A program made the translations under genes and the position numbers. DNA of 64,000 nt from Nitrospirota bacterium (GTDB taxonomy: Bacteria; Nitrospirota; UBA9217). The stretch covers positions 864,001 to 928,000 of the forward strand of contig OY760142.1 of NCBI GenBank assembly GCA_963663225.1, read 5' to 3'. Below are positions 37,849 to 48,101 of the stretch, piece after piece (position 1 is the stretch's first letter; the number at the start of each line of letters is the position of its first letter). The notes under the pieces are model-generated. The model searched no databases. It saw only the letters and a program-made list of their open reading frames with translations, and was not told where the DNA came from.

Positions 37849-38544
37849 CTAGACAGGAGCTTGCAGCATACCTACAGTTGTATGGAGACGTTTCCAAAGA
37901 GTTTGCGCTATAGAGGCATCTCTCTCAAAAACCTTTTCATATTCAATTAGAGTTCCAAATGCAACAATACAAAAATTTCGTTTTTTTATGAATTCCCGAT
38001 CGTTCTCGTTGAAGCAAGTCTTATCACGATTATCAAAGCTTATACCTAAAGGTCCATTGAAAATCATAACTCCTTTATGAGGGTTCGGGTGTCTGTGTCT
38101 ACTGCTTATCAAACCACCTGTTATAATAGAAGCTGGATCAAGCCCACCCCCTAGTCCTTCTTTGCGCGCTTTTTCCTCGCCCGAGAGATCAAATACCCAA
38201 TCATCTAGCTGCCGAAGATCATCTCTACTGATGTTAGGTTGTCTCGATGATTTTACTTCCACAGCAAGTATTTCATTATTTTCTGTAGCGAAATCATACT
38301 TTATTAAGAAATCTTCTTGGTTTTGTCTCCCCTTATCAACCTTAAAACCAAATCGCCGAAATAGTAAACTCGTTCGTATTTCAAGAGTACTGCCAGTTAA
38401 ATCTTTATCCTCACCCAAGACTAAGACACCAGTTTCGGCAAGGTCGGAAAAAATAAGCTTAACTTCCTTTAGTAAGTTGTCGTATCGAGGAGGAGAACCA
38501 AGGCTTTCGATGTACTCTTTTACCCTCTTCTCTAATTCTGACAT
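37849..38544 (-). CDS. AT-rich hypothetical protein, PD-(D/E)xK nuclease-like
   Basis: LEIRT..QEDFLI..AVEVKS..LRQLDDW; GAGG SD; markedly lower GC than neighbours. Confidence 0.6.
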   Translation of the reverse strand: MSELEKRVKEYIESLGSPPRYDNLLKEVKLIFSDLAETGVLVLGEDKDLTGSTLEIRTSLLFRRFGFKVDKGRQNQEDFLIKYDFATENNEILAVEVKSSRQPNISRDDLRQLDDWVFDLSGEEKARKEGLGGGLDPASIITGGLISSRHRHPNPHKGVMIFNGPLGISFDNRDKTCFNENDREFIKKRNFCIVAFGTLIEYEKVFERDASIAQTLWKRLHTTVGMLQAPV

Positions 38545-38609
38545 TGTAATCCTCTAAAGACAAGATTTGACCATTACTACTGGCAAACAATGACAAAACC
38601 AAATAAGAT

Positions 38610-39746
38610 TTATCTTTTCCCCACCAGTTCATAAATCGTCACCTCAGGCGGCGCGAGAAAACGGATCGGCGGTCCCCAGGTGCCGGTCCCTCGGTTTACA
38701 TGCAGAATCGACCCCTTGCCGAGATCATAGGTGCCCGCATTCCGGGGGAAGACGAGGCGCGTCACGAAGTTGAAGGGGAATATCTGCCCCTTGTGCGTGT
38801 GGCCGGACAGCTGCAGGTCGAAGAGGCCGACGGTTGATTCATCAATCCTCGGCTGGTGCTTGAGGAAAAGGACAAACCGATCGCGTGGAAGTTTCGCAAG
38901 AAGATCTCTTTCCGATATGGGACTTTCCAGTTTCAGCTGGACGGCGGTCCGGTCATCGACGCCCACAATAGTGATGGGGCCCGCGTTGACCGCTTCATTC
39001 TGAAGGATGGTAAAACCCGCTTCCTTCGTAAAAATCAGTGCCGTCCGAAGTCCGGCATAGTATTCATGATTTCCCGTTATGGCATAACTGCCGTATCTGG
39101 TTTGTATCCCGTTCAGGGCTTCGGCAAGACCCGTTAAATGGTTGATCTGCGCGTCAACCAGATCCCCCGTGGAAACAAAAATATCGGGCTTTGCAGCCCT
39201 GACGGCTTGGAGCATCTGCTCAAGCCGTTCGCTCCTGACGATCAATCCGAGATGCACGTCTGAAATCTGCACAATGGTGAGTTTGTCAATGCCGGCCGGC
39301 AGTTTTTCCGTCTTTATCCTGACTCTTTCGACGCGGATGTCCTTGGCATCAAAATAGCCTGACACACAGACGGCGATCGCAATGCCGAGACTTATGAAAA
39401 ACGATGCCCGCACAGGCAGGAGGGCCGCGGAGACATCGGAGCGGGAGAACCATCCTGCCGCGCGGATGATCAGATGGACGATATCAAGAACAATCGAGCT
39501 GCAGAAGAAAAGAAAAACAGCGGCCATCCAGAAATACGCGGCATACGCGAGCACCCTGGCGGTGCTCTCGTATTCATACTGTTCAAGAGCCCGGATCAGG
39601 AAAAAGGCAAAAACCATAAACAGCATGAATGCGGCAAGAACGATGGCAGCCGGCGGGGAAATCGCAAAAGCGCTGCGCACCCGCAAAAAAACATAGGCGT
39701 GCAGACCGCCATAAATCAATACTATTGAGAGGAAAAAAAGACTCAT
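38610..39746 (-). CDS. Membrane-anchored metallophosphoesterase (YkuE/YaeI-like)
   Basis: Four TM segments; SDVHLG, TGDLVD, GNHE, HQP, SGHTHKGQ, GTWGPPIR; ATGA overlap with pfkA. Confidence 0.92.
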   Translation of the reverse strand: MSLFFLSIVLIYGGLHAYVFLRVRSAFAISPPAAIVLAAFMLFMVFAFFLIRALEQYEYESTARVLAYAAYFWMAAVFLFFCSSIVLDIVHLIIRAAGWFSRSDVSAALLPVRASFFISLGIAIAVCVSGYFDAKDIRVERVRIKTEKLPAGIDKLTIVQISDVHLGLIVRSERLEQMLQAVRAAKPDIFVSTGDLVDAQINHLTGLAEALNGIQTRYGSYAITGNHEYYAGLRTALIFTKEAGFTILQNEAVNAGPITIVGVDDRTAVQLKLESPISERDLLAKLPRDRFVLFLKHQPRIDESTVGLFDLQLSGHTHKGQIFPFNFVTRLVFPRNAGTYDLGKGSILHVNRGTGTWGPPIRFLAPPEVTIYELVGKR

Positions 39747-40822
39747 CTGCCGAAGCATACTCCAATGCCTTCAGCTACTTTCACCAGTTCGCCCTCCGGT
39801 TCGACGAGTTTGAGGCAGCTGATGGCGTTTTCAAGCGGTACCGACGTAATGCAGGGCGGCTGGAACGAAACCATTTCGCCGAATTTTTTCTGGGCAATGA
39901 GCTCGATCGCTGCAGCACCATACCGTGTGCCCAGAAGACGGTCCGACGCGCACGGGCTGCCGCCGCGCTGCAAGTGGCCGAGCACCGTGACCCGTGTCTC
40001 GAACCCCGTCCGCTTGCTGATCTCCGCCGCGACAATTTCACCCATTCCGCCGAGTCTGAGCGCGTATCCGTCGCTCGCTTTTTCGCGCACCGCCATTTCG
40101 CCGCCGACCGGTTTCGCGCCTTCCGCGACAACGACAATGCTGGATTTGCTTCCCGATTTTTTCCGCTCCAGAAGCCTTCCTGCGACCTTGTCCATATTGA
40201 AGGGTATTTCCGGAATCAGAATCACGTCAGCACTGCCGGACATTCCGGCTTCAAGAGCGATCCACCCCGCGTACCTCCCCATGACTTCAAGCACAATCAC
40301 CCGCTGATGGCTTTCCGCCGTGGTATGGAGCTTGTCAAGCGCGTCGGTCGCGGTATTGACCGCTGTCTGGAAACCGAAGGTCACGTACGTTGCCATAAGG
40401 TCATTGTCGATGGTTTTGGGAACGCCGATGACGGGAACCCCGAGCTGATTGAGCTTGTTTCCTATTTTGAGTGAACCATCGCCGCCGATGACGACAAGCG
40501 CATCAAGGCCCAATTCTTTAATATTGCCCAGAATCATGGGAGACATGTCTTCCTCAACTTCCCTGCCGTTGACAACGGTTTTGTATGCGAACGGATTGCC
40601 GCGGTTCGTGGTGCCGAGAATTGTCCCGCCCATAAAAAGAATGCCGCGCGTGTTCCAGGAAGTGAGCTGGCGGGTTTTAGTCGGCGTCAGCAGTCCTTCA
40701 AACCCGTCGATGATACCGACTACTTCCCAGCCATACTTGAAAATGGCGGTCTTGGTGACCGCACGGATAACTGCATTCAGACCTGGTGCATCGCCGCCGC
40801 CGGAAAGGACCCCGATTCTCAT
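39743..40822 (-). CDS. pfkA: ATP-dependent 6-phosphofructokinase
   Basis: GGDAPGLN, GGDG (the Gly indicates ATP use), PKTIDND, EVMGR, LGHLQRGG. Confidence 0.9.
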   Translation of the reverse strand: MRIGVLSGGGDAPGLNAVIRAVTKTAIFKYGWEVVGIIDGFEGLLTPTKTRQLTSWNTRGILFMGGTILGTTNRGNPFAYKTVVNGREVEEDMSPMILGNIKELGLDALVVIGGDGSLKIGNKLNQLGVPVIGVPKTIDNDLMATYVTFGFQTAVNTATDALDKLHTTAESHQRVIVLEVMGRYAGWIALEAGMSGSADVILIPEIPFNMDKVAGRLLERKKSGSKSSIVVVAEGAKPVGGEMAVREKASDGYALRLGGMGEIVAAEISKRTGFETRVTVLGHLQRGGSPCASDRLLGTRYGAAAIELIAQKKFGEMVSFQPPCITSVPLENAISCLKLVEPEGELVKVAEGIGVCFGR

Positions 40823-41183
40823 AAAACCTCCCTTACAGTATGGATACAGTATGGATTTGATACTGCCGCAAGCATGGAACCGGCCAGGGGACTTCGCCGT
40901 ATTCCTTTCGCCGAACGCACTGTCCGGCGTTATAAAGCCACGCCTCCTGCAATGATCTTGTTAAAGGGTAGCAGAGATGCGAGCCGCATGCAATGAAAAT
41001 TTTAATAAACGGAAAAAGCTTGACTCTGATTGTCCATGCCATATACTATACTAAATTCATGGATCGTTGCCCCGTTGACTGTTCACGGCAAAGAAGCGGC
41101 GACAACGCTTCCCTTCCAGAAGGAGAAATCATTTTGTTCATAATCCTGTTCAGTGGCTGCTGCAGGAAAGCCATACTACCCGC

Positions 41184-42356
41184 ATGCGTGTAGCCGCCGT
41201 CATCGGGACCAGGCCAGAAGTGATAAAAATGGCCCCGGTCATCTACCAGCTGCGGGAGCGTTCCTCTGTTTTTGATGTGGTCGTCGTCGCCACTGCACAG
41301 CATCGGGAAATGCTCGACCAGGCATTGTCGCTGTTTGACATTGTGCCCGACCATGACCTTGACCTTATGTCTCCCGGCCAAACTCTTTCCGGCATCGCCG
41401 GACGAGTACTGGACCGCATGGACACAACACTCGGCACGATCCGTCCCGACATGATCCTGGTTCAGGGAGATACTACGACGGTTTTTTCAGCTGCTCTTGC
41501 GGCATTTTACCGGAGGATTCCCGTTACCCATGTCGAAGCCGGACTCAGGAGCTATGATTTAAAAAATCCTTTTCCCGAAGAAGCGAACCGCCGACTGACG
41601 ACAGTTCTTGCCGAGATTAATTGCGCACCCACAGCGCTTTCCAGGACCAGACTACTGCAGGAAGGGGTTCCCGCCGAAAAGATCATTGTTACCGGCAATA
41701 CCGTGGTCGACGCACTCCACTATGTCCTCGACAAACCATTTTCCTTCACCGGCACGGCACTGGAAACGTTCGATTTCAACGACAAGCGGATCATTCTCGT
41801 CACCTGTCACCGCAGGGAGTCCTTGGGCGAGAACATGCAGAATATTTTCTCCGCTCTGATCGATATTGTGCATGCATTCCCTGACGTTCATTTCGTATAT
41901 CCGGTGCACCTGAACCCCGAAGTCCAACGTATGGCGAAGCGCATTCTTTCAACCGTCGACCGCATCCATCTTATACCACCGCTTGATTATGCGGCTTTTA
42001 TTAATCTTATGAAGCGTTCCCATCTCATTCTGACCGACTCCGGAGGTCTGCAGGAGGAGGCGCCGACGCTCGCCAAACCGCTCCTCGTCATGCGCACCGT
42101 CACCGAACGTCCGGAGGCCTTTCAGAGGGGCCTTTCCAAGGTCATCGGAACGAGCCGGAACGCAATTGTACAGGAAACATCGCATATATTGAATGCCGGA
42201 GATATCGCAGGAGCCACTCGAGGAAGCAACCCGTATGGCGACGGCATGGCGGCATCACGAATCGCCCAGGCGCTTGAACGCTGGGCGCGCGGCCTGCACC
42301 CGCTCCTGGAACCGGCCTCCGAATTCAACTACCAGGAAGAATGTGGCATGCCATGA
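41184..42356 (+). CDS. wecB: UDP-N-acetylglucosamine 2-epimerase (non-hydrolysing)
   Basis: GTRPEVIK, VQGDT, HVEAGLRS, FPEEANR, TDSGGLQEE, TERPE, NPYGDG. Confidence 0.95.
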   Translation: MRVAAVIGTRPEVIKMAPVIYQLRERSSVFDVVVVATAQHREMLDQALSLFDIVPDHDLDLMSPGQTLSGIAGRVLDRMDTTLGTIRPDMILVQGDTTTVFSAALAAFYRRIPVTHVEAGLRSYDLKNPFPEEANRRLTTVLAEINCAPTALSRTRLLQEGVPAEKIIVTGNTVVDALHYVLDKPFSFTGTALETFDFNDKRIILVTCHRRESLGENMQNIFSALIDIVHAFPDVHFVYPVHLNPEVQRMAKRILSTVDRIHLIPPLDYAAFINLMKRSHLILTDSGGLQEEAPTLAKPLLVMRTVTERPEAFQRGLSKVIGTSRNAIVQETSHILNAGDIAGATRGSNPYGDGMAASRIAQALERWARGLHPLLEPASEFNYQEECGMP

Positions 42357-43135
42357 CTGCAAAAGAGCCAAAATCGGTTATTTTATACCACCGGTCGTAC
42401 CGGAAAGTTCCCGGTTCCGCAAAAATGTTTTTTCTTCAGTTCTTCATCATCGCTCTGCCGCTTTCTCTTATAATTGTCTTTTGGTATCCCGAGATCACGC
42501 ATACGGTCTGCCGCATTGCCGATGCCATGCTTGCCCCGTTCTTTCCTCCCGATACAATCAGGACGCTGCACCTGCCCTACGTGATCGGGGACGCATTTCT
42601 TCTGGATTTGCCCAGCAAATATCCGTCGCTTGTTTTTTCCGTAATAAACGCCCTTGTCAGCCTGTTTTTCCTCGTGTTCCTGCCGACGGTAAAAAGCTCG
42701 AAACATATATTTATCTTTTTGATTGTCGTGGCATTCATCAATTTCGTGTCATCGCTTTTTTTCACATTTGTTCCCTACCGGTTTCCCTACGAGACCGTTG
42801 ACTACTCGGAGCTCTATATCAAACAGCAGATCAGTATATGGTTTTTTGTGCCGATCATCATGGGCCTCGCTGTATTGCCACTGCCCTCCTCTCTTGCATC
42901 GAAGTGCATTACCATGCTTGTCACCTTCTGCTATTCGCTGATCTTCGGGACACTCCGGTATGCGGTGTTTCTTTTTATATTAACAAAGGCATCCCTGCTG
43001 TATATGGCAGTGCTTTTTTTCGTGCTGGGCCCTCTGGTCGATTTTGTATATATCGTGGGCATCTACAGCGTCCATGTCACCAGACTGGCAAAAAAAATGA
43101 AGGGTGATTTTGCCTCATGGAAATGGTCATACTGA
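42353..43135 (+). CDS. Multi-pass membrane protein of the EPS operon
   Basis: About 6 hydrophobic segments; ATGA overlap with wecB and overlap with the GT2 start. Confidence 0.78.
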   Translation: MTAKEPKSVILYHRSYRKVPGSAKMFFLQFFIIALPLSLIIVFWYPEITHTVCRIADAMLAPFFPPDTIRTLHLPYVIGDAFLLDLPSKYPSLVFSVINALVSLFFLVFLPTVKSSKHIFIFLIVVAFINFVSSLFFTFVPYRFPYETVDYSELYIKQQISIWFFVPIIMGLAVLPLPSSLASKCITMLVTFCYSLIFGTLRYAVFLFILTKASLLYMAVLFFVLGPLVDFVYIVGIYSVHVTRLAKKMKGDFASWKWSY

Positions 43136-44394
43136 TACTCAAGGGATATCTCCTGTTCACCATCGGGGTCATGGTTGTGTTTTCCATCAGACACTACATC
43201 TTTACCCTGAACAGGCTTTTTGGTGAACAGCGGATTTACTACCAGGACATCATCGATTCCGACTATAAGACAATATCAGTGCTCATTCCGATGCATAACG
43301 AAGAAAAAGTCGCCACCAGCATCCTTGACTTGCTTGTCCTGGCCGACTACAACAGGGAAAAGCTTGAAATCATTCCAATCAATGATTTTTCGGATGACAA
43401 GACGCGGGAAATCATCGAGGCCTATGCGAAACAGCACCCCTATATAAAGCCCCTGCATCGCTACGAGGGAGACAGGGGCAAACCCGCCGCACTGAACGCA
43501 GGCATCCAGAAGGCGACGGGTGAGATCATCATCGTTTTTGACGCGGACTACCTTCCTCCAAAAGGCATTTTGAAAAGCATCGCCATCTGTTTCAACGACC
43601 CGGAAGTCGGCGCCGTCATGGGGAGGGTCATTCCCGTAAACACGCGCCGGAACATTCTGACGCGCCTTCTGGACCTTGAGCGCACCGGCGGGTATCAGGT
43701 GGACCAGCAGGCACGATATAATCTCAGACTTATGCCTCAATACGGGGGCACGGTAGGCGGCTTCAGACGGAGCGTGGTGGAGAGCCTCGGAGGGTTTAAC
43801 ACAAAGGTTCTGGCGGAAGACACGGAACTGACCTACCGGCTTTCCATCAACGGCTGGAAAGTGCTGTACGCAAACCGCGCTGAGTGCTATGAAGAGGTGC
43901 CGGAAAAATGGAGCGTTCGCGCCCGTCAGATCCGCAGATGGTCACGAGGGCACAACAGCGTCATGTTCCGGTATTTTTTCCCGCTGCTGAAGACTCCTCA
44001 TCTTTCCTTTCGGGAAAAAACCGATGGACTGCTGCTGCTGCTCGTCTATTGCGTCCCCTTTATTCTCCTGCTGGGCCTCCTCGACTCCCTCGCGCTCTTT
44101 TTTCTGGATGAGATGGAAATTTTTTCAGGAATCCTTTTTCTGGTTTTCCTCGGCGCCTACAATAACTTCGGAAATTTCGCGCCTTTTTACCAAGTCGGAA
44201 CGGCTTGCCTCCTCGACGGCGCAGCGCAGCGCATCCTGCTGCTGCCGTTCCTGATTTTCAGTTTTTTCTTCAACATGTGGTATATCTCAAAAGGTTTTTT
44301 GGACTCCTGCATCGATTTGATTACCTGGCGCAAAACCAAGTGGCACAAAACAGAGCGGTTCCGAAAGACGCCGAAGAAGGGCTTCCCTTCATGA
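43117..44394 (+). CDS. Processive GT2 glycosyltransferase (PgaC/IcaA/BcsA-like synthase)
   Basis: IPMHNEE, NDFSDD, GKPAALN, FDADY, AEDTEL, QIRRW; N- and C-terminal TMs. Confidence 0.92.
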   Translation: MEMVILILKGYLLFTIGVMVVFSIRHYIFTLNRLFGEQRIYYQDIIDSDYKTISVLIPMHNEEKVATSILDLLVLADYNREKLEIIPINDFSDDKTREIIEAYAKQHPYIKPLHRYEGDRGKPAALNAGIQKATGEIIIVFDADYLPPKGILKSIAICFNDPEVGAVMGRVIPVNTRRNILTRLLDLERTGGYQVDQQARYNLRLMPQYGGTVGGFRRSVVESLGGFNTKVLAEDTELTYRLSINGWKVLYANRAECYEEVPEKWSVRARQIRRWSRGHNSVMFRYFFPLLKTPHLSFREKTDGLLLLLVYCVPFILLLGLLDSLALFFLDEMEIFSGILFLVFLGAYNNFGNFAPFYQVGTACLLDGAAQRILLLPFLIFSFFFNMWYISKGFLDSCIDLITWRKTKWHKTERFRKTPKKGFPS

Positions 44395-45407
44395 TGCTGC
44401 TCATCGCATTCATCCTGCTTGTTCTCCTGTTCATTCTCCCCTTCATTCCCGGAGCGCGCGAACTCGCAAAAAAACAGGACGCATCGCCGTTGTACATCAA
44501 TAATGAATATCTCAAAGACCCGCGTTACTTCGCGTTTTCATTCAGAAAGTTGTTTCACACTTCGTTGGCAGCTGCTCCGCGAGGAGAAGGTGTTCACGAT
44601 ATCACACTATCAAAGAATGAAAAAGTCCAAATTGTCCGAGACGCCAGTCTTGCCGGAGGTTCTGCTGTGGAACACATTCTGTACGTGATGCAAAACCTTG
44701 ACTCCGGCCCTGACGTCCGGTTTAACAAGGAAGTCTACGTACGGCAGACGGCTCATATCGGAGAGTCAAATCTGCTGCAGGCCCTGGCGTGCGACGGTGA
44801 CATTCATCTTCGCAAGGGCACGCGTTTTTTCAGATGGCTGGACGCGGAGGGCAATATTACCGCGGAAGGATCGTGCATACTCGGCGTCGATGCCAGCTGT
44901 AGCGGGATTCTTTCTCTGGAACAACATTGTTCTTTCCTGAAGTTGTACGGGTTTCCCGTTGTAGCGTCGGGGCCTCAGGCCTTCACAGAGGAGCGGGAAG
45001 AACCGGACAGTGACACGGGGGTATTTGGCGAAGAGCCCCCGGAGCGGGAATGCAGTGATATCAAAGCGGCAAGCCGGATAAACCGCAGCATCATTTCCGC
45101 CGAATCAGTAACAATCGGGGAGCTTGCCGTGATCCGGGGACATGTCAAGACCCATGGCAGCCTTGTCACCGGCACACGAGTCATTATCACCGGAAATGTT
45201 TTTGCGGCGGGAAACATAGAACTCGGCCCGCACAGCCGCGTACTGGGCACCGTATTTTCACAGGAACATATTGTGTTACGGCAGGGAGTGCGGGTCGGTG
45301 CAAAAGGCAGGATCAAATCCGTGGTCGGGAAAAAAAGCGTTACGCTGGAAAACGGCGCAAAAGTTTACGGTTATGTCATGACGGAAGGAAAAGGCCTCGT
45401 GGTATGA
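44391..45407 (+). CDS. Membrane-anchored beta-helix (bactofilin-like repeat) protein
   Basis: One N-terminal TM; repeats such as VIRGHVKTHGSLVTG, IITGNVFAAGNIELG, VLGTVFSQEHIVL; ATGA overlaps at both ends. Confidence 0.7.
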   Translation: MMLLIAFILLVLLFILPFIPGARELAKKQDASPLYINNEYLKDPRYFAFSFRKLFHTSLAAAPRGEGVHDITLSKNEKVQIVRDASLAGGSAVEHILYVMQNLDSGPDVRFNKEVYVRQTAHIGESNLLQALACDGDIHLRKGTRFFRWLDAEGNITAEGSCILGVDASCSGILSLEQHCSFLKLYGFPVVASGPQAFTEEREEPDSDTGVFGEEPPERECSDIKAASRINRSIISAESVTIGELAVIRGHVKTHGSLVTGTRVIITGNVFAAGNIELGPHSRVLGTVFSQEHIVLRQGVRVGAKGRIKSVVGKKSVTLENGAKVYGYVMTEGKGLVV

Positions 45408-47239
45408 AAAAAACCGTTATTTTAGCTCTCGTTATTGCAGCAATCCTGATTCTGTATGCTGTTCATACCACAAACAAAGCCAGAGATCTGGCAAAAAACG
45501 GGGAACTGCAGGTGCTGCTCCTGTACAATCCTGCGTATCTTACAGAAACAGTCCGCGTCCTTGATGCTTATGAGAGTGTTCTCCAGGAAGAGGGCATACC
45601 CCATAAGAGCATAAGCATCTACCAACTCCCCCGGGAAGGGGCCGGAGAACTTGCGAAGCGCGTCCCGGTTATCTTGCTGCCGGACACCATCTTGCAGCAT
45701 GTCCCCCCTGAATTTAGAGACTGGGCAAAAACCTACCTGGAAAACGGCGGTAATCTGCTCGTTGTTTATGACGTGGGCGTAAAAAACCGCAAAGGTCTTT
45801 TCCTGAACACGGCTGCACTGTCTGAAATAACCGGTTTCAATACCATACTGTACGCAACCGCAGGCGGATCAGCGTATGATCACGGCTTTCTCCGATTTAC
45901 ATCTGAAGCAAAGCGGACTTTTTTCGAAATTCCGACGGGTAAAACGACAGAGGGTCTTACGCTCAGCAGCTACTACTACGGTCAGCTTGCCTATCCCCTT
46001 GCAAAAAATGAACAAGTCCGCGCCATTTCACAAGATAATATTTATGCGTATGCAGTAACCAAAAACAAGGAGAAATTTCCCGCAATAGTCCTGACCGACT
46101 ATGCTAAAGGTAAGGTCCTGTATATCAATCTCCCTCTCGGCCAACTAAAGGCGAATGCAGACGATCTGCCGCTCAGGGCCGTCCTGCGCACATTTTTGTT
46201 TTCCATTATTAATATCCCTCACGTTGTGAATGTGGAAAACGGAATTGGCGGCATTGTCATCAACTGGCACATCGACAGCAATGCGGAGTATCGGATACTG
46301 CCGAGGTTGCAGAAAATGGGCCTTCTGCGCGCCGGCGTTCCGCTCTCCTTCCATGTTACCGCAGGAGATTTTTTTGAGCGTTCCGGCGACGATGCCGGTT
46401 TCGACGCGTGCGGAAAAGGTCGGCCCTTGATGGAACTCATAAAGCCGTATGGCGCCGTCGGCTCCCACGGCGGGTGGGCCCACAACTGGTTTGCGAATAA
46501 TATTAGGAATGCAACGTTTACCAAAGAAGAAATTCGCCGATATATTCAAAAAAATTCGAGCTGTCTTGAAAAAATCACCGGCTATAAAATTATAGAATAT
46601 TCAGCGCCGGATGGGGTCCATCCGCAACCCGTAACGACCTCTGTTCTGGAAGAACTTGGTTTTATTGCCTACTATTCGACCGGCGATGTGGGAAGTGCGC
46701 CGAACCGGACTTTTTTCGAAGGACGCATGGTCAGCAGCAGCGTCATTGCCTTTCCTGTTATGCCGTTCGGCCGCAGCGCGTCGTTGTATGAAATGAATGT
46801 TCTGGACAAAAGAAAAGACCGTGAGATCAGAGAATGGTTTCTGGACATCCTTACATACGCGGCGCAAAATAGGACCATACGTCTTGTTTATTCTCATCCG
46901 TACAACATCGAATTGTACCCACGTGCGGTACAGGCCTTCATGGATGCGGCCGTAGCAATGCAGCAGCGTAAAGCAATTGCAGTTTCCACGATGACCGGAT
47001 ACGCGTCGTTCTTCCGACGTTTTTTAAAAACAACCTATTCGTTCAGCAAAGACGGCAGTCAGCTTCGCGTCGTGCTCCAGAATCCTGAAGGGCTGGCAGG
47101 CATCTGCATCGCCCTGCCGAAGCATACATACCGGAAACCGATCATAGAACAAACAACTCTCCAAGAAGACAGCCGTTTTTTCTATCTTACGATGGTGGCA
47201 AATGATAAGGACAAGACCTTTACTGTTGATGCTGATTAG
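45404..47239 (+). CDS. Periplasmic polysaccharide deacetylase-like protein
   Basis: N-terminal anchor or signal; NodB-like elements WHID, GSHGGWAH, YSAPDG, YSHP. Confidence 0.7.
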   Translation: MKKTVILALVIAAILILYAVHTTNKARDLAKNGELQVLLLYNPAYLTETVRVLDAYESVLQEEGIPHKSISIYQLPREGAGELAKRVPVILLPDTILQHVPPEFRDWAKTYLENGGNLLVVYDVGVKNRKGLFLNTAALSEITGFNTILYATAGGSAYDHGFLRFTSEAKRTFFEIPTGKTTEGLTLSSYYYGQLAYPLAKNEQVRAISQDNIYAYAVTKNKEKFPAIVLTDYAKGKVLYINLPLGQLKANADDLPLRAVLRTFLFSIINIPHVVNVENGIGGIVINWHIDSNAEYRILPRLQKMGLLRAGVPLSFHVTAGDFFERSGDDAGFDACGKGRPLMELIKPYGAVGSHGGWAHNWFANNIRNATFTKEEIRRYIQKNSSCLEKITGYKIIEYSAPDGVHPQPVTTSVLEELGFIAYYSTGDVGSAPNRTFFEGRMVSSSVIAFPVMPFGRSASLYEMNVLDKRKDREIREWFLDILTYAAQNRTIRLVYSHPYNIELYPRAVQAFMDAAVAMQQRKAIAVSTMTGYASFFRRFLKTTYSFSKDGSQLRVVLQNPEGLAGICIALPKHTYRKPIIEQTTLQEDSRFFYLTMVANDKDKTFTVDAD

Positions 47240-48101
47240 CGGTGTTTTCCTGCTCGTCCTTTCCGGTGTATCCCGTGCTGAGCATCCGGCGCTCATGATT
47301 ATGAAGAGGCACGCTGCGGACCGTGCAGACATCACGGAAATCAACCCGTACATCGTAAGCATCTTCGCCCTGGATGATGTGGAACAGAACAGGCATCTGG
47401 ATGAAGTGCAGCAGTTTATACTCTGGTATTTCAGCAGCCTTAATTATCCCGACCGCAACGGCCTTACGGGGACCATATATGACTACGTGCTCGAAAACGG
47501 GAAAGAGCAATCCACAACAACGTATGATTCTGTCGACGGATATGCAGGAATGTTTCTGCATCTTCTTTCCCGGTACGCGTTGAAGACGGGGGACCTGGAC
47601 GTCTTGCGAAACAACTGGACCAAAATAGAGGACATTGCATATCTTCTTCCTTTTCTACAGGACAGCAACGGCCTTACCAGGGCGTTGCCGGGCGGAAACG
47701 AACAATACCTCATGGATAACAGCGAGGCCTATGCAGGCATATCAGCCTATCTGAAGCTCAGAAAACTCTTGCACAAGCACACCAGCCCGTATTACAATCT
47801 GGTCCGCAGCAACATCAAGAAAGCCATTTTCGCGCAGCTCTACGAATCCAGGAACAGAATCTTTTCCTGGGCTGTTGCGGACAATCAACGCAGTTTCTCG
47901 GACTGGAACCGTTTTTACCCTGATGCCTATGCCCAGCTCTTCCCCGTTTACTTCGGGTTGCTGGCGGACAGGCCGCATCTGAAGCGGCACCTGTGGAATG
48001 AATTCGTACGACGATATGCCGGACAATCGTCCGGCTTCCCGGCAGAACAACGAACCATCTATGAACTGACCGGAAAAACCATGGAGGGCAAAATACCTTG
48101 A
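47202..48101 (+). CDS. Exported (alpha/alpha)6 glycoside-hydrolase-like protein
   Basis: Signal peptide; YDSVDGYAG, LQDSNGLT, YLMDNSEAY, FYPDAYAQ; helical pattern. Fold is inferred. Confidence 0.55.
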   Translation: MIRTRPLLLMLISGVFLLVLSGVSRAEHPALMIMKRHAADRADITEINPYIVSIFALDDVEQNRHLDEVQQFILWYFSSLNYPDRNGLTGTIYDYVLENGKEQSTTTYDSVDGYAGMFLHLLSRYALKTGDLDVLRNNWTKIEDIAYLLPFLQDSNGLTRALPGGNEQYLMDNSEAYAGISAYLKLRKLLHKHTSPYYNLVRSNIKKAIFAQLYESRNRIFSWAVADNQRSFSDWNRFYPDAYAQLFPVYFGLLADRPHLKRHLWNEFVRRYAGQSSGFPAEQRTIYELTGKTMEGKIP

